DNA of 24,000 nt from Oceanobacillus neutriphilus (GCF_014645515.1 NZ_BMLW01000004.1:334805-358804), one strand, 5' to 3'. Positions 8,027 through 17,329 are shown, counted from the stretch's first letter. Program-made: numbers and translations. Notes: generated by a model from the letters alone, not told the origin.

Positions 8027-8848
8027 ATGACTTGGTTAAAAGAAGTTATTGGAACAGAAAAAGCAATTATCGCAATGTGTCACCTGCAACCCTTGCCCGG
8101 AGATCCATCCTATGACTATAAAAAAGGAATGGATTATGTCATAGAAGAGGCCCGTAAAGATTTAAAGGCATTACAGGATGGCGGTGTAGATGCAGTTATG
8201 TTTTCCAATGAATTCAGTCTTCCTTATTTAACAGAAGTAAAAACCGAAACAGTTTCTGCGATGGCCAGAGTAATCGGGGAGCTGATGAATGATATAAGAA
8301 TACCTTATGGCGTTAACGTATTATGGGATGCAAAGCGATCACTTGATTTAGCTGCTGCCACCGGGGCTCAATTTGTCCGGGAAATATTTACCGGCGTGTA
8401 TGCCAGCGACTTTGGATTATGGGATACAAACGTTGGCGAAACCGTCAGACACCAGTATCATCTGCATGCCCAGGATGTGAAGCTTCTGTTTAATATCTTG
8501 CCTGAAGCAGCAAAATATGTGGCTGATAGAGATATCAAAGATATTGCCAAGTCTACTGTATTTAATAATCGGCCCGATGCGCTTTGTGTTTCTGGATTAA
8601 CTGCCGGAGAACAGACAGATTCTCAAATCTTGAAAAAAGTAAAGGAAACTGTGCCTGATTGCGTGATACTGGCAAATACCGGAGTACGTATTGAAAACTT
8701 GGAGCAGCAGCTGGCAATTGCGGATGGTGCAGTAGTTGGAACAGCATTCAAATATGATGGAAAATTTGAAAACAGGGTTGATCAGAAACGTGTAGAAGAA
8801 TTTATGAATAAAGTAAAAGCCTTTCGCGAAACAGCTATTCAAGCTTAG
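8027..8848 (+). CDS. sgcQ: BtpA/SgcQ-family TIM-barrel protein
   Basis: N-terminus MTWLKEVIGTEKAIIAMCHLQPLPGDPSY and GGVDAVMFSNEFSLPYL closely resemble E. coli SgcQ as I recall it. ATG 8027 (or the adjacent TTG 8024) follows an AAGGAAG RBS. Confidence 0.85.
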   Translation: MTWLKEVIGTEKAIIAMCHLQPLPGDPSYDYKKGMDYVIEEARKDLKALQDGGVDAVMFSNEFSLPYLTEVKTETVSAMARVIGELMNDIRIPYGVNVLWDAKRSLDLAAATGAQFVREIFTGVYASDFGLWDTNVGETVRHQYHLHAQDVKLLFNILPEAAKYVADRDIKDIAKSTVFNNRPDALCVSGLTAGEQTDSQILKKVKETVPDCVILANTGVRIENLEQQLAIADGAVVGTAFKYDGKFENRVDQKRVEEFMNKVKAFRETAIQA

Positions 8849-8894
8849 CAATAGAGAATAACAAATCAATCTCAATTAAAGGAGAGGTCAATAT

Positions 8895-9173
8895 ATGAAA
8901 AAAGTAATCGTAGCATGTGGCGGTGGTATTGCAACTTCAACATTAATAGCGGATAAAGTCCGCCAGACACTGGATGAAGCAGGAATCGACTATCGGCTCA
9001 CACAAACCACCTTATCTGAACTAGTTTATGAGAATAGTGATGCAGACTTAATCGTGACAAGCATGAAGGTAGAATCTGACTTCGGAGTTCCTGCCCTTTC
9101 AGGAGCCGGATTCTTAACGGGAATTAACGAGGAGGCTATTAAAGAGCAAATTATAAGCGCTTTATCCGACTAA
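8895..9173 (+). CDS. sgcB: PTS galactitol-family EIIB component (SgcB/GatB-like)
   Basis: 92 aa. Active-site Cys in the VACGGGIATST motif near the N-terminus. GGAGAGG RBS. Confidence 0.9.
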   Translation: MKKVIVACGGGIATSTLIADKVRQTLDEAGIDYRLTQTTLSELVYENSDADLIVTSMKVESDFGVPALSGAGFLTGINEEAIKEQIISALSD

Positions 9174-9193
9174 AGCATAAAGGAGAGCTTAAC

Positions 9194-10537
9194 ATGCAAA
9201 GTGTTGTCGATTATATATTATCGTTAGGAGCAACCATTTTTGTCCCTATTGTTCTTTTTATAGTTGGTTTAGCATTCCGTTTAAGCATACTGAGGGCGAT
9301 TAAAGCTGCTGTAACTGTCGGTGTTGGATTTTTAGGTCTTAACTTAGTTGTCAGCTTAATAGGTGATTACCTTTCACCATCTGTCCAGACCATGGTTGAG
9401 CGGTTTGGCTTAAATTTATCTGTTATTGATTTAGGATCAGGGACCTCTGCAGGTATTGCTTTTTCAACTACTGTAGGAGCTCTTATCATCCCGATTATTT
9501 TTGGCCTAAACGTTCTTCTATTAATCAGCAAGCTTACCAAAACAATGAATATTGATATTTTCAACTACTCCCATTATGCACTGACGGGATCTGTAGTTGC
9601 CCTTATTACCTCAAATTTATTTTATGGTATTATGGCTGCAATTTCTCACGCTATCTTCTCACTTATCGTTGCTGATTTAACAGCCAAAAAAGTTCAAAAG
9701 GTTATTGGCATTGAAGGGATATCCATCAGTCAAGGGTTTGCTACTTCCACTGTCCCCTTCTATGCTTTGATGGATAAGATATTCGATAAAATACCAGCTC
9801 TGAATAATAGGAAAATGGATACAAACTTTATTCAAAAGAAATTTGGTATGTTTGGTGATCCAGTGATTATCGGAGTTATCCTGGGTGTAATCATTGCTAT
9901 ATTAGCAGGCACAAGCTTTGTGGATGGCAGCCAGCTGGTCATTGTAATCACGGGTATTATGATCCTTTTCCCGCGTGTTATCCGGATTATTGTAGAAGGA
10001 CTGATGCCCATTTCAGATGCTGCGAAAAAATTCTTTCAAACAAAATTTAAAGGCAAAGAATTTTTTATAGGATTAGACTCAGCAGTTACACTAGGCCATC
10101 CGACAACTATTACAGTAGGAATATTAATTATTCCTATTACGCTCGTCTTAGCTGCCATTCTGCCGGGCAATAAAGTGCTCCCTCTCGCAGATTTAGCCTT
10201 TGCCCCTTTCTTTATCTGTATGGCAACGATCATGCATAAGGGAGATGTTATCAGAACGCTTATCAGCTCTACAGTCAATATGGTATTAGTGCTTTATATA
10301 GCTACTTTCTTTTCTTCTTATTATACAGACTTAGCCAGCGCTGGAGGATTTATCGAATCCGCGGGGGGAACAGAAGTATCTGCATTATATATCGGGAATG
10401 TGTTTAACTTTATTATTACCATCTTAATGAGAATGGAAGTATTAGGATTTATTATCCTGGCACTATTTATTATCGTATTGTACTACTTCGTATTTAAAAA
10501 GATAAATAGAAAAGAAGAGCCTGAAAAGACATCCTAA
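9194..10537 (+). CDS. sgcC: PTS galactitol-family EIIC permease (SgcC/GatC-like)
   Basis: 447-aa polytopic membrane protein immediately after the IIB gene. Size and hydrophobic pattern match GatC/SgcC-type EIIC. AAAGGAGAG RBS. Confidence 0.85.
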   Translation: MQSVVDYILSLGATIFVPIVLFIVGLAFRLSILRAIKAAVTVGVGFLGLNLVVSLIGDYLSPSVQTMVERFGLNLSVIDLGSGTSAGIAFSTTVGALIIPIIFGLNVLLLISKLTKTMNIDIFNYSHYALTGSVVALITSNLFYGIMAAISHAIFSLIVADLTAKKVQKVIGIEGISISQGFATSTVPFYALMDKIFDKIPALNNRKMDTNFIQKKFGMFGDPVIIGVILGVIIAILAGTSFVDGSQLVIVITGIMILFPRVIRIIVEGLMPISDAAKKFFQTKFKGKEFFIGLDSAVTLGHPTTITVGILIIPITLVLAAILPGNKVLPLADLAFAPFFICMATIMHKGDVIRTLISSTVNMVLVLYIATFFSSYYTDLASAGGFIESAGGTEVSALYIGNVFNFIITILMRMEVLGFIILALFIIVLYYFVFKKINRKEEPEKTS

Positions 10538-10572
10538 AATCGTTATCTAAAAGCTCTACTGGAGGTTCTGGA

Positions 10573-11061
10573 ATGAATCACAATAAAAACAGAAACAAAT
10601 TAAAATTTGATAAAGATATGATTATGCTGAATATCTGTGCTAGTTCATCGGATGAATTATTGAAGGAATTAAGTCAACTATTCTATGACAAAGATTACGT
10701 GCATGATTCTTTTAAACAAGCAATCATAAAACGTGAAGAAAAATATCCGACCGGACTGAGGACGACTTCCGCAGGCGTCGCTATTCCACATGCAGATCCA
10801 GTCCATGTGAAGCAGGAAAGCTTAGCTGTAGGAATCTTAAAAGATGCAGTTACCTTTCATGAAATGACTTCAGGTGAACCTCTAAACGTGGAAATCGTTT
10901 TTATGTTAGGAATTACTGATTCGGGTCAGCATTTAATCATGCTGAAAGCACTTTCTGAAATATTGAGAGACAAAGAAAAATTAACGAGCATTCGAAATGC
11001 AGCTACAAAAGAGGAAGTCTTTCAATGTATCCTTCCTTATATAAATGAATTATTAGAATAA
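10573..11061 (+). CDS. sgcA: PTS EIIA component, fructose/mannitol (EIIA-2) family (SgcA-like)
   Basis: 162 aa. Phosphorylatable His in the ..GVAIPHAD.. motif. GGAGG RBS 7 nt upstream. Confidence 0.85.
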   Translation: MNHNKNRNKLKFDKDMIMLNICASSSDELLKELSQLFYDKDYVHDSFKQAIIKREEKYPTGLRTTSAGVAIPHADPVHVKQESLAVGILKDAVTFHEMTSGEPLNVEIVFMLGITDSGQHLIMLKALSEILRDKEKLTSIRNAATKEEVFQCILPYINELLE

Positions 11062-11085
11062 ACAGGCAGGAGGCTTTGAATAAAG

Positions 11086-11769
11086 TTGAAAAAACGAATC
11101 CTGGCTCCGTCCATTTTAAACGCTGATTTTTTACATTTAAGCAGTGAAATTGATATCGCTGAAAAAGGCGGAGCGGAATTTTTACATTTGGATGTGATTG
11201 ATGGTGTATTTGCGCCCAGTATTTCATTTGGTGCTAATATAATCTACTCGATAAGAACCTATACAAATCTGTTTTTGGATGTTCATTTAATGATTGAAAA
11301 TCCAAGCCAATATATAGCTGATTTTGTCCGTGCCGGTGCAGACAGCATTACTGTTCATGCAGAGGGAGCCATTCATTTGCACAGGCTAATCAATCTAATA
11401 AAAGAGCATGGTATAAAAGCAGGCGTTGCTTTAAACCCTGCGACACCCATTTCTTTGATAGAACCTATCTTATCAGACATTGATATGGTACTCCTAATGA
11501 CCGTAAATCCCGGTTTCGGAGGACAGCCCTTTATTAAAGAAGTTTTATCAAAGTTAACAATGCTGAGCCATTTAAAATCCAGCAGAGAATATTCTTTTGC
11601 TATCGAAGTCGATGGCGGAATTACCCCGCAAGAAGCATTATGGTGCTCTCAGCGGGGAGCAAATATCTTTGTTGTCGGATCGTATATCTATTATAAAGAA
11701 ACCGAAACAAAAAAATTACAAGCAATGAAAAATATAAAAAAGTCTTTAGAAACAGGTGATTCAAAATGA
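11086..11769 (+). CDS. sgcE: Ribulose-phosphate 3-epimerase family protein (SgcE-like paralog)
   Basis: 227 aa. Rpe motifs APSILNADF, HLDVIDGVF, LDVHLM, MTVNPGFGGQ, EVDGGI. TTG start with an AGGAGG RBS 12 nt upstream. Confidence 0.85.
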   Translation: MKKRILAPSILNADFLHLSSEIDIAEKGGAEFLHLDVIDGVFAPSISFGANIIYSIRTYTNLFLDVHLMIENPSQYIADFVRAGADSITVHAEGAIHLHRLINLIKEHGIKAGVALNPATPISLIEPILSDIDMVLLMTVNPGFGGQPFIKEVLSKLTMLSHLKSSREYSFAIEVDGGITPQEALWCSQRGANIFVVGSYIYYKETETKKLQAMKNIKKSLETGDSK

Positions 11770-12860
11770 ATATGAACGAACATCTGAAGGCATTATCCAT
11801 GATAAATGCTGTCAGTTCACAAGAAGATCCAGTCATTGATTATATGTATAATTATTTTTCTAAACAAATGGAGTACGTTGAAGTGGATACAATAGGCAAC
11901 GTGATCGGATTCTTACCTTCTAACAATCCAAATAGCAAAAGAATAATGATTTTTGCCCATATGGATGAAGTAGGATTTATAGTAAGACATATTGATGAAA
12001 ATGGTTTCTTATTTTTTGAACGAATCGGCGGCGCTAATGTGAATGTTCTTCCCGGTAATCAGCTTCAGGTACTCGGAGATAAAGGAACAGTCACCGGAGT
12101 TATTGGAACAAAGGCATATCATTTCTTAAAACCCGAAGAAAAAGGGAGATTTCCTGCACAAGATCAGCTATATATTGATATTGGCGCTGCCTCTAAAGAA
12201 GAGGCACATCAGAAAGGCGTACAGGTTGGAAGCACAATCTGCTTTCAGGCAAACTATCTTGAAAGAGAAAATGGATGGATAACAGGAAAAGCGATGGATA
12301 ATCGGGTTGCCTGCACTATTTTATTAGAATTAGCAGAACAACTAAGTTCATCTCCAGCACCCTTAGAATGGGATATATATCTGGTTGCATGTGTTCAGGA
12401 GGAATTTAATATCAGAGGTGTCCTGCCGGCAGTAAGGAAGATAAAACCGCATGTCTCTATCGGTTTAGATGTAACACCAGCTTGTGATACACCCGAACTG
12501 ACAAATTATTCTGATGTTGGCTTAGATAAAGGTCCCGCACTTACATTTCTTAATTATCATGGAAAAGGAACACTTGCCGGCGTGTTGCCAGATTCAAATT
12601 TAATACAATCTCTGATAAAGACCTGCCAAGTAAATAGAATTAACTACCAGAGAGAGGTAGCTGTAGGGGTCATCACAGAGAATGCTTATATTGTTTTCGA
12701 AGAAGCCGGCATCGCTACCGCAAACGTTTCCATCCCGACACGCTATACACATACACCGGTAGAAACAGTCAGCCTTCAGGACGTGAAACAAACCATTCAC
12801 TTACTATATGAATTTTTGACAAGCTTAACAGAAGAAAGCACTTTTGGAAAAGCAAGGTAG
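11766..12860 (+). CDS. sgcX: M42-family metallopeptidase-like protein (SgcX/FrvX/YpdE-like; sometimes annotated as endoglucanase)
   Basis: 364 aa. M42 metal-ligand motifs are intact by eye: HMDEVGF, GKAMDNR, VQEEFNIRG, GLDVTPA, RYTHTPVE. The start overlaps the epimerase stop (ATGA, 11766-11769). AGGTGA RBS. Confidence 0.85.
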   Translation: MNMNEHLKALSMINAVSSQEDPVIDYMYNYFSKQMEYVEVDTIGNVIGFLPSNNPNSKRIMIFAHMDEVGFIVRHIDENGFLFFERIGGANVNVLPGNQLQVLGDKGTVTGVIGTKAYHFLKPEEKGRFPAQDQLYIDIGAASKEEAHQKGVQVGSTICFQANYLERENGWITGKAMDNRVACTILLELAEQLSSSPAPLEWDIYLVACVQEEFNIRGVLPAVRKIKPHVSIGLDVTPACDTPELTNYSDVGLDKGPALTFLNYHGKGTLAGVLPDSNLIQSLIKTCQVNRINYQREVAVGVITENAYIVFEEAGIATANVSIPTRYTHTPVETVSLQDVKQTIHLLYEFLTSLTEESTFGKAR

Positions 12861-12869
12861 GTTATAGAT

Positions 12870-13661
12870 ATGCAGATAAAGAACCATGATTATAAAGTTT
12901 GTTTTCTGGATATTGATGGCACACTGGTTGATAACAATAAGCAAATTTCTAATCAAACCAAGAAATCTCTGGATCAAATAAGAAATAAAGGCGTAGAAGT
13001 GATTATTGCTACCGGACGTCCTCCCTATCACTTTTTCAGCATTGCAGAGGAACTAATGATTAATTCATTTGTCAGTTTTAACGGTGCTTACTCTGTTTAT
13101 AAAGGAGAAGTCGTTCATAAGCATGGAATGGATACATCTGCTCTGCAGGAACTCATTGAATATGCTGGTATGAAGCAACATCCATTAGTTTTTTCAAGTG
13201 AAAAGAAGTCTGTCAGTAATACACTTAATCATCATGAAATTATCCAGACCTTTAAAGACTTGCATTTGAATTATAAACCAGAATATAATCCTGATTATTG
13301 GAAGAAATCACTCCTGTTCCAGGCTATGGTATATTGCAAAGATGAAGAAGAAATCGATTATATTCAAAAATTTCCTGAGTTATCTTTTGTCAGATGGCAT
13401 GAAATTGCCATTGATGTCATGCCTCAATCCATTTCAAAAGCATATGGCATTAAAGAAATGCTTCAGTTTTTAAATGTTGCTCCTGAAGAAGCTATCGCTT
13501 TTGGAGATGGACTGAATGATAAGGAAATGCTGGATTTTGTAGGTGTAGGAATTGCGATGGAAAATGCACATGAGGACCTCTATCCTTATGCAGATATCAT
13601 TACAAAATCAAATGAAAATGATGGAATTACACATGGTTTGAAGCTGTTAAATCTGCTATAG
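12870..13661 (+). CDS. Cof-type HAD-IIB sugar phosphatase
   Basis: 263 aa. HAD motif I FLDIDGTL, motif IV GDGLNDKEML, and a Cof-type cap region. Starts 9 nt after the M42 gene, behind an AAGGTAGG RBS. Confidence 0.85.
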   Translation: MQIKNHDYKVCFLDIDGTLVDNNKQISNQTKKSLDQIRNKGVEVIIATGRPPYHFFSIAEELMINSFVSFNGAYSVYKGEVVHKHGMDTSALQELIEYAGMKQHPLVFSSEKKSVSNTLNHHEIIQTFKDLHLNYKPEYNPDYWKKSLLFQAMVYCKDEEEIDYIQKFPELSFVRWHEIAIDVMPQSISKAYGIKEMLQFLNVAPEEAIAFGDGLNDKEMLDFVGVGIAMENAHEDLYPYADIITKSNENDGITHGLKLLNLL

Positions 13662-13672
13662 GTGGTATATAT

Positions 13673-13711
13673 AATAATCCCTGTCAACGATGCTGACTCG
13701 GATTATTTTTT
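13673..13711 (+). terminator. Rho-independent terminator of the sgc-like operon
   Basis: AATAATCC (13673-13680) pairs with GGATTATT (13700-13707). Inner GTCA/TGAC pairs extend the stem, followed by a T-run. Confidence 0.7.
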
Positions 13712-13911
13712 CTGCTTTTATAATTGCTTGTTTCAAAGATTTATATTGAAGTCTGGAAATTACTTTTTCCAGTTACTATTGTTATAACTTTTCAGTCAAG
13801 TCGTTCACTAAACACATTACATCTGTGAATATCATTTCCAATTACACTTCCAATAAAAGATATCATTCATTTAGAAATCTATATATTTATCAGGGTATGT
13901 TTAAAATCATA

Positions 13912-13940
13912 TTGACAACCTTCTATTATATTGGTAAGTT
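13912..13940 (+). promoter_or_regulatory. Candidate sigma-A promoter for the purine permease/adenine deaminase operon
   Basis: TTGACA (13912-13917), 17-nt spacer, TAAGTT (13935-13940), preceded by TGg (extended -10-like). Confidence 0.35.
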
Positions 13941-13948
13941 TATTTATA

Positions 13949-13992
13949 AATCACGAACGAAAAACAGCTCTAAACATATAATGTTCGGATTT
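13949..13992 (+). promoter_or_regulatory. Candidate PurR operator (pair of inverted PurBoxes)
   Basis: 13980-13992 AATGTTCGGATTT is the exact reverse complement of the B. subtilis PurBox consensus AWWWCCGAACWWT. A weaker forward box, AATCACGAACGAA, lies at 13949-13961 (9/13 matches), with an 18-nt spacer. The pair sits between the candidate promoter and the RBS. Confidence 0.45.
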
Positions 13993-14030
13993 AGCTTATA
14001 AACAAGTGCAACATGAGAGGAGCCTATGAA

Positions 14031-15344
14031 ATGAAAGGCAAAATCACAGAAAAGTTATTCAAATTAAATGCTAATCAAACAAATGTCCGAACAGAATTTA
14101 TAGCAGGACTGACTGTATTTATGACAATGCTGTACGTATTGATCGTGGTACCGGGTATGTTGGAGGAAGCAGGGATGCCCAAAGGTCCTGTAACAGTTTC
14201 CGTTATTCTGATGACTGGTGTTATTACAATAATAATGGGATTATACAGCAACAGGCCTTTTGCGCTTGCGCCGGGTCTCGGGTCTGTCGCCTTTCTCGCA
14301 ATAACCTTGGCTAGCGCAGAAGGAATTCCATGGCAAGTAGGCATGGGAATGGTTTTTATTTCCGGAGTTATATTTGTATTATTTACAGTTCTGGGGCTGC
14401 GACAGCTTATTGTAAAGTTAATGCCTCCTGCAATTAAACTATCCATTGGTGCAGGTGTAGGGTTATTTATTGCATTAATTGGTTTTCGAAATGCCGGACT
14501 AGTTGTGGCAAGCGAAGATGCTAATGCACTCCAGCTTGGGGATATTGGATCACCGAATGCGATTTTGGCTTTAATCGGATTTTTAATTATGAGTGTACTA
14601 TTAGCAAGAAATGTCCGCGGCCACTTACTGATAGGTATGGTAATCGTCACAATTATTGGTATACCAATGGGAGTTACAACGGTTCCGGATAAGATTTTTT
14701 CTTTGCCGGAAAGCGTCTCTCCAATTGCGTTTGAATTAGATATTATGGGAGCATTAAAATTAGCATACTTCCCATTAATCCTGGCCTTTTTTATCCCGGA
14801 TTTCTTCTCCAGTCTGGGTACGATGCTCGGAGTTGGAAGTAAAGGAAATATGCTGGATAAGAACGGAAACCTGCCAAATATTGATAAACCTTTCTCTGTC
14901 GATGCTGGCGGTACGGTGCTAGGTTCCCTGTTCTCTGTACCAGTCATGACAACTTATGTTGAATCAGCAGCTGGAGTAGAAGCCGGCGGACGAACTGGAT
15001 TAACTTCCGTAACTACAGGATTTTTATTCTTATTAACATTGTTTATTACACCTGTCATTATGATTATTCCAACAGAAGCTACTGCACCAGCCTTAATATT
15101 AGTTGGTTTGACGATGCTCTCTGCAGTACGCAATATAGATTTCAGTGATGTAACAGAATCACTGCCAGCATTTATGACAATCGTTATTACTATCTTTACC
15201 TTTAACTTTGGTAACGGAATTGCTGCCGGCATTATCATCTTTGTTGTACTTAAGCTTCTTTCCGGAAGACATAAAGAATTACATTGGGGTCTATATATTT
15301 TACTGATACCGCTAATTTTATATTTCATATCATTAGCAAATTAA
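14031..15344 (+). CDS. NCS2/AzgA-family purine permease (adenine/hypoxanthine/guanine; PbuG/PbuO-like)
   Basis: About 437-aa polytopic protein of the PbuG/AzgA type, next to adenine deaminase. The ORF track starts at 14013, but the GAGAGGAG RBS (14015-14022) lies inside that extension and is spaced 8 nt from ATG 14031 (MKGKITEK..). Confidence 0.85.
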   Translation: MKGKITEKLFKLNANQTNVRTEFIAGLTVFMTMLYVLIVVPGMLEEAGMPKGPVTVSVILMTGVITIIMGLYSNRPFALAPGLGSVAFLAITLASAEGIPWQVGMGMVFISGVIFVLFTVLGLRQLIVKLMPPAIKLSIGAGVGLFIALIGFRNAGLVVASEDANALQLGDIGSPNAILALIGFLIMSVLLARNVRGHLLIGMVIVTIIGIPMGVTTVPDKIFSLPESVSPIAFELDIMGALKLAYFPLILAFFIPDFFSSLGTMLGVGSKGNMLDKNGNLPNIDKPFSVDAGGTVLGSLFSVPVMTTYVESAAGVEAGGRTGLTSVTTGFLFLLTLFITPVIMIIPTEATAPALILVGLTMLSAVRNIDFSDVTESLPAFMTIVITIFTFNFGNGIAAGIIIFVVLKLLSGRHKELHWGLYILLIPLILYFISLAN

Positions 15345-15368
15345 TCTATTACGTCGGGAGTTGGTCAT

Positions 15369-17129
15369 TTGTTTACAAGAGAAAAAATTGTATCCGCAGC
15401 AAGAGGCGATACTAATATGGATACAGTCATACGTGAAGTAAATCTGGTGAATGTATTTACCGCAGAAATATATAAAGCAGATATCGGTGTAAAGGAAAAC
15501 CGGTTTGCAGCTGTAGCACAATATAAAGATAATAAGCCTTCTTTCCAAATGAATGGAGATAATGAAATTGATGCGAAAGGAAAATATGCGATTCCGGGAT
15601 TAATCGATTGTCATGTCCATATTGAAAGTACAATGATTACGCCAGACATGTTTGCACGGGAAGTTCTCAGGCACGGGACAACCGTCGCTGTCATTGACCC
15701 GCATGAAATCGGTAATGTAATGGGTACAGAAGGGGTAAAATACATGATAGACGCAAGTAAGGATTTACCCGTAGATATTCTTACTACCATTCCATCCTGT
15801 GTACCTGCAGTTCCTGATCTGGAAACAGCCGGAGCTGAATTCCATCCGGAGGATATTGAAGAAATGCTGCAATTGCCCAATGTAGTCGGCATTGCTGAAT
15901 TAATGGACTATGTCGGTGTAATCAAACAACACCCAAGAATGGCCGGCATTGTTCAAAAAGGATTAGAAGCAGGCGTGCGAAACGAAGGGCATCTGCCAAG
16001 AGTATACGGCAGTGACCTCGCCGCTTACTTAGCAGCCGGAGTCGATTCAGACCACGAAAGCCGGGCGACCGATGAAATTTTAGAAAAGCTGCGAGCTGGG
16101 ATGCTAATTTATATCAGGGAATCCAGCATCAGCCAATTTGCTGATATCGCGGCAGAAGCTTGGAAGGAAGTACCTTATGTCAGCAACATTGCTATGTGTA
16201 CGGACGATGTAGAACCAAACGATATGTTAAAAAATGGTCAAATGAACCGTGTCGTCAGACGTTGTATTGAAGAAGGAATTCCGGCACCATTAGCAGTCCG
16301 TTACGGGTCCCTGAACGGAGCAATACGCTATGGTTTAAGAGACCGGGGAGCAATTGCAGCCGGATATCGTGCTGATTTTTCATTAGTTGATTCTATAGAA
16401 AAAATGGATGTTACAGATGTGTTTGTAGAAGGCAAGCAAATGGTGAAAAATGGAGAACTGACGGAGACAATTACCAGCAGTGTCCCTCCATTATTAAGAA
16501 ACACCGTACAAATTCCAGTGTTAACGGAAGAGGATTTATTAATCAAGGCACCGTTTGAACAAGGTACTGCCACCTTAAATACTATGGAGATGCAGCTAAA
16601 TGGTACAACCGCAAAAGGAACAGTAAATGTTAATGTTGCAGACGGTATGATTCAGGAGCTTCCTGATAATTACGCGTTTGTAAGTGTCATCGGCAGACAC
16701 GGTCAAAATAAGAAACCATTTGTAGGTGTCATTAAAAATTCAGGACTTCGTCATGGAGCATACGCAACAACCATTGCTCATGACAGTCATAATTTAGTTG
16801 TAGCCGGTACAAATGCAAAAGATATGTTAATTGCTGTCAAACAGCTTGAGCAGTCAGGCGGCGGATTATGCCTTGTAAAGGATACAGAAGTACAGGCACA
16901 ATTAGATCTTCCATTAGCAGGCTTGATGTCACCAGAACCCGTAGAAGAAATTGCTGTAAAAGTAGAGCATTTCAATGAAACGGCAAAATCAATGGGAGTA
17001 AAAGTTGGAAGGCGCTCTCCTGCAATGGCCTTTTCATCACTCACGCTAACTGTTATACCTGAAATTCGGATATCTGATGTAGGTTTAGTTGATGTGTATC
17101 ATCAGGAATTGCTTCCTTTATTTGTTTAG
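15369..17129 (+). CDS. ade: Adenine deaminase
   Basis: 586 aa. Amidohydrolase metal-binding motifs DCHVHIES, DPHEIGNV and AHDSHNLVVAG typical of Ade/AdeC. TTG start 8 nt after GGGAG. Begins 24 nt after the permease gene. Confidence 0.9.
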   Translation: MFTREKIVSAARGDTNMDTVIREVNLVNVFTAEIYKADIGVKENRFAAVAQYKDNKPSFQMNGDNEIDAKGKYAIPGLIDCHVHIESTMITPDMFAREVLRHGTTVAVIDPHEIGNVMGTEGVKYMIDASKDLPVDILTTIPSCVPAVPDLETAGAEFHPEDIEEMLQLPNVVGIAELMDYVGVIKQHPRMAGIVQKGLEAGVRNEGHLPRVYGSDLAAYLAAGVDSDHESRATDEILEKLRAGMLIYIRESSISQFADIAAEAWKEVPYVSNIAMCTDDVEPNDMLKNGQMNRVVRRCIEEGIPAPLAVRYGSLNGAIRYGLRDRGAIAAGYRADFSLVDSIEKMDVTDVFVEGKQMVKNGELTETITSSVPPLLRNTVQIPVLTEEDLLIKAPFEQGTATLNTMEMQLNGTTAKGTVNVNVADGMIQELPDNYAFVSVIGRHGQNKKPFVGVIKNSGLRHGAYATTIAHDSHNLVVAGTNAKDMLIAVKQLEQSGGGLCLVKDTEVQAQLDLPLAGLMSPEPVEEIAVKVEHFNETAKSMGVKVGRRSPAMAFSSLTLTVIPEIRISDVGLVDVYHQELLPLFV

Positions 17130-17329
17130 GTAATTGTTGTTTAAGGCAAAAATGAAAAGATAATTCAAATGCTTAAAGTTAAATGCTTAGTGGACAGCTT
17201 TCCATTTCCGCTTTAAATAGCGAGTAAAATCGAAATAGAGAAAAAGATACGGAAATAAATATTTACTAAGTTTTTGATTTAACAAATTAAACTTTGAAAT
17301 AATTATATTATCCAGGAATTTCAAGATAG

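Noticed and set aside
13713-14030. Possible purine riboswitch upstream of the purine permease
   Set aside because: I looked for the conserved guanine/adenine riboswitch core (UAUAAU...AUAUGG...GUUUCUACC...CCGUAAA...GACUA) and found none. Only short hairpins are present (for example CTGGAAA/TTTCCAG near 13753-13772). A PurBox pair fits better.
14075-14947. 290-aa ORF on the minus strand
   Set aside because: It is entirely antisense to the well-supported NCS2 permease gene. The product is low-complexity (Pro/Ile/Thr/Ser-rich), with no RBS or recognisable motif. It is a shadow ORF of a hydrophobic gene.
14954-15328. 124-aa ORF on the minus strand
   Set aside because: Antisense shadow ORF within the same permease gene, with no independent support.
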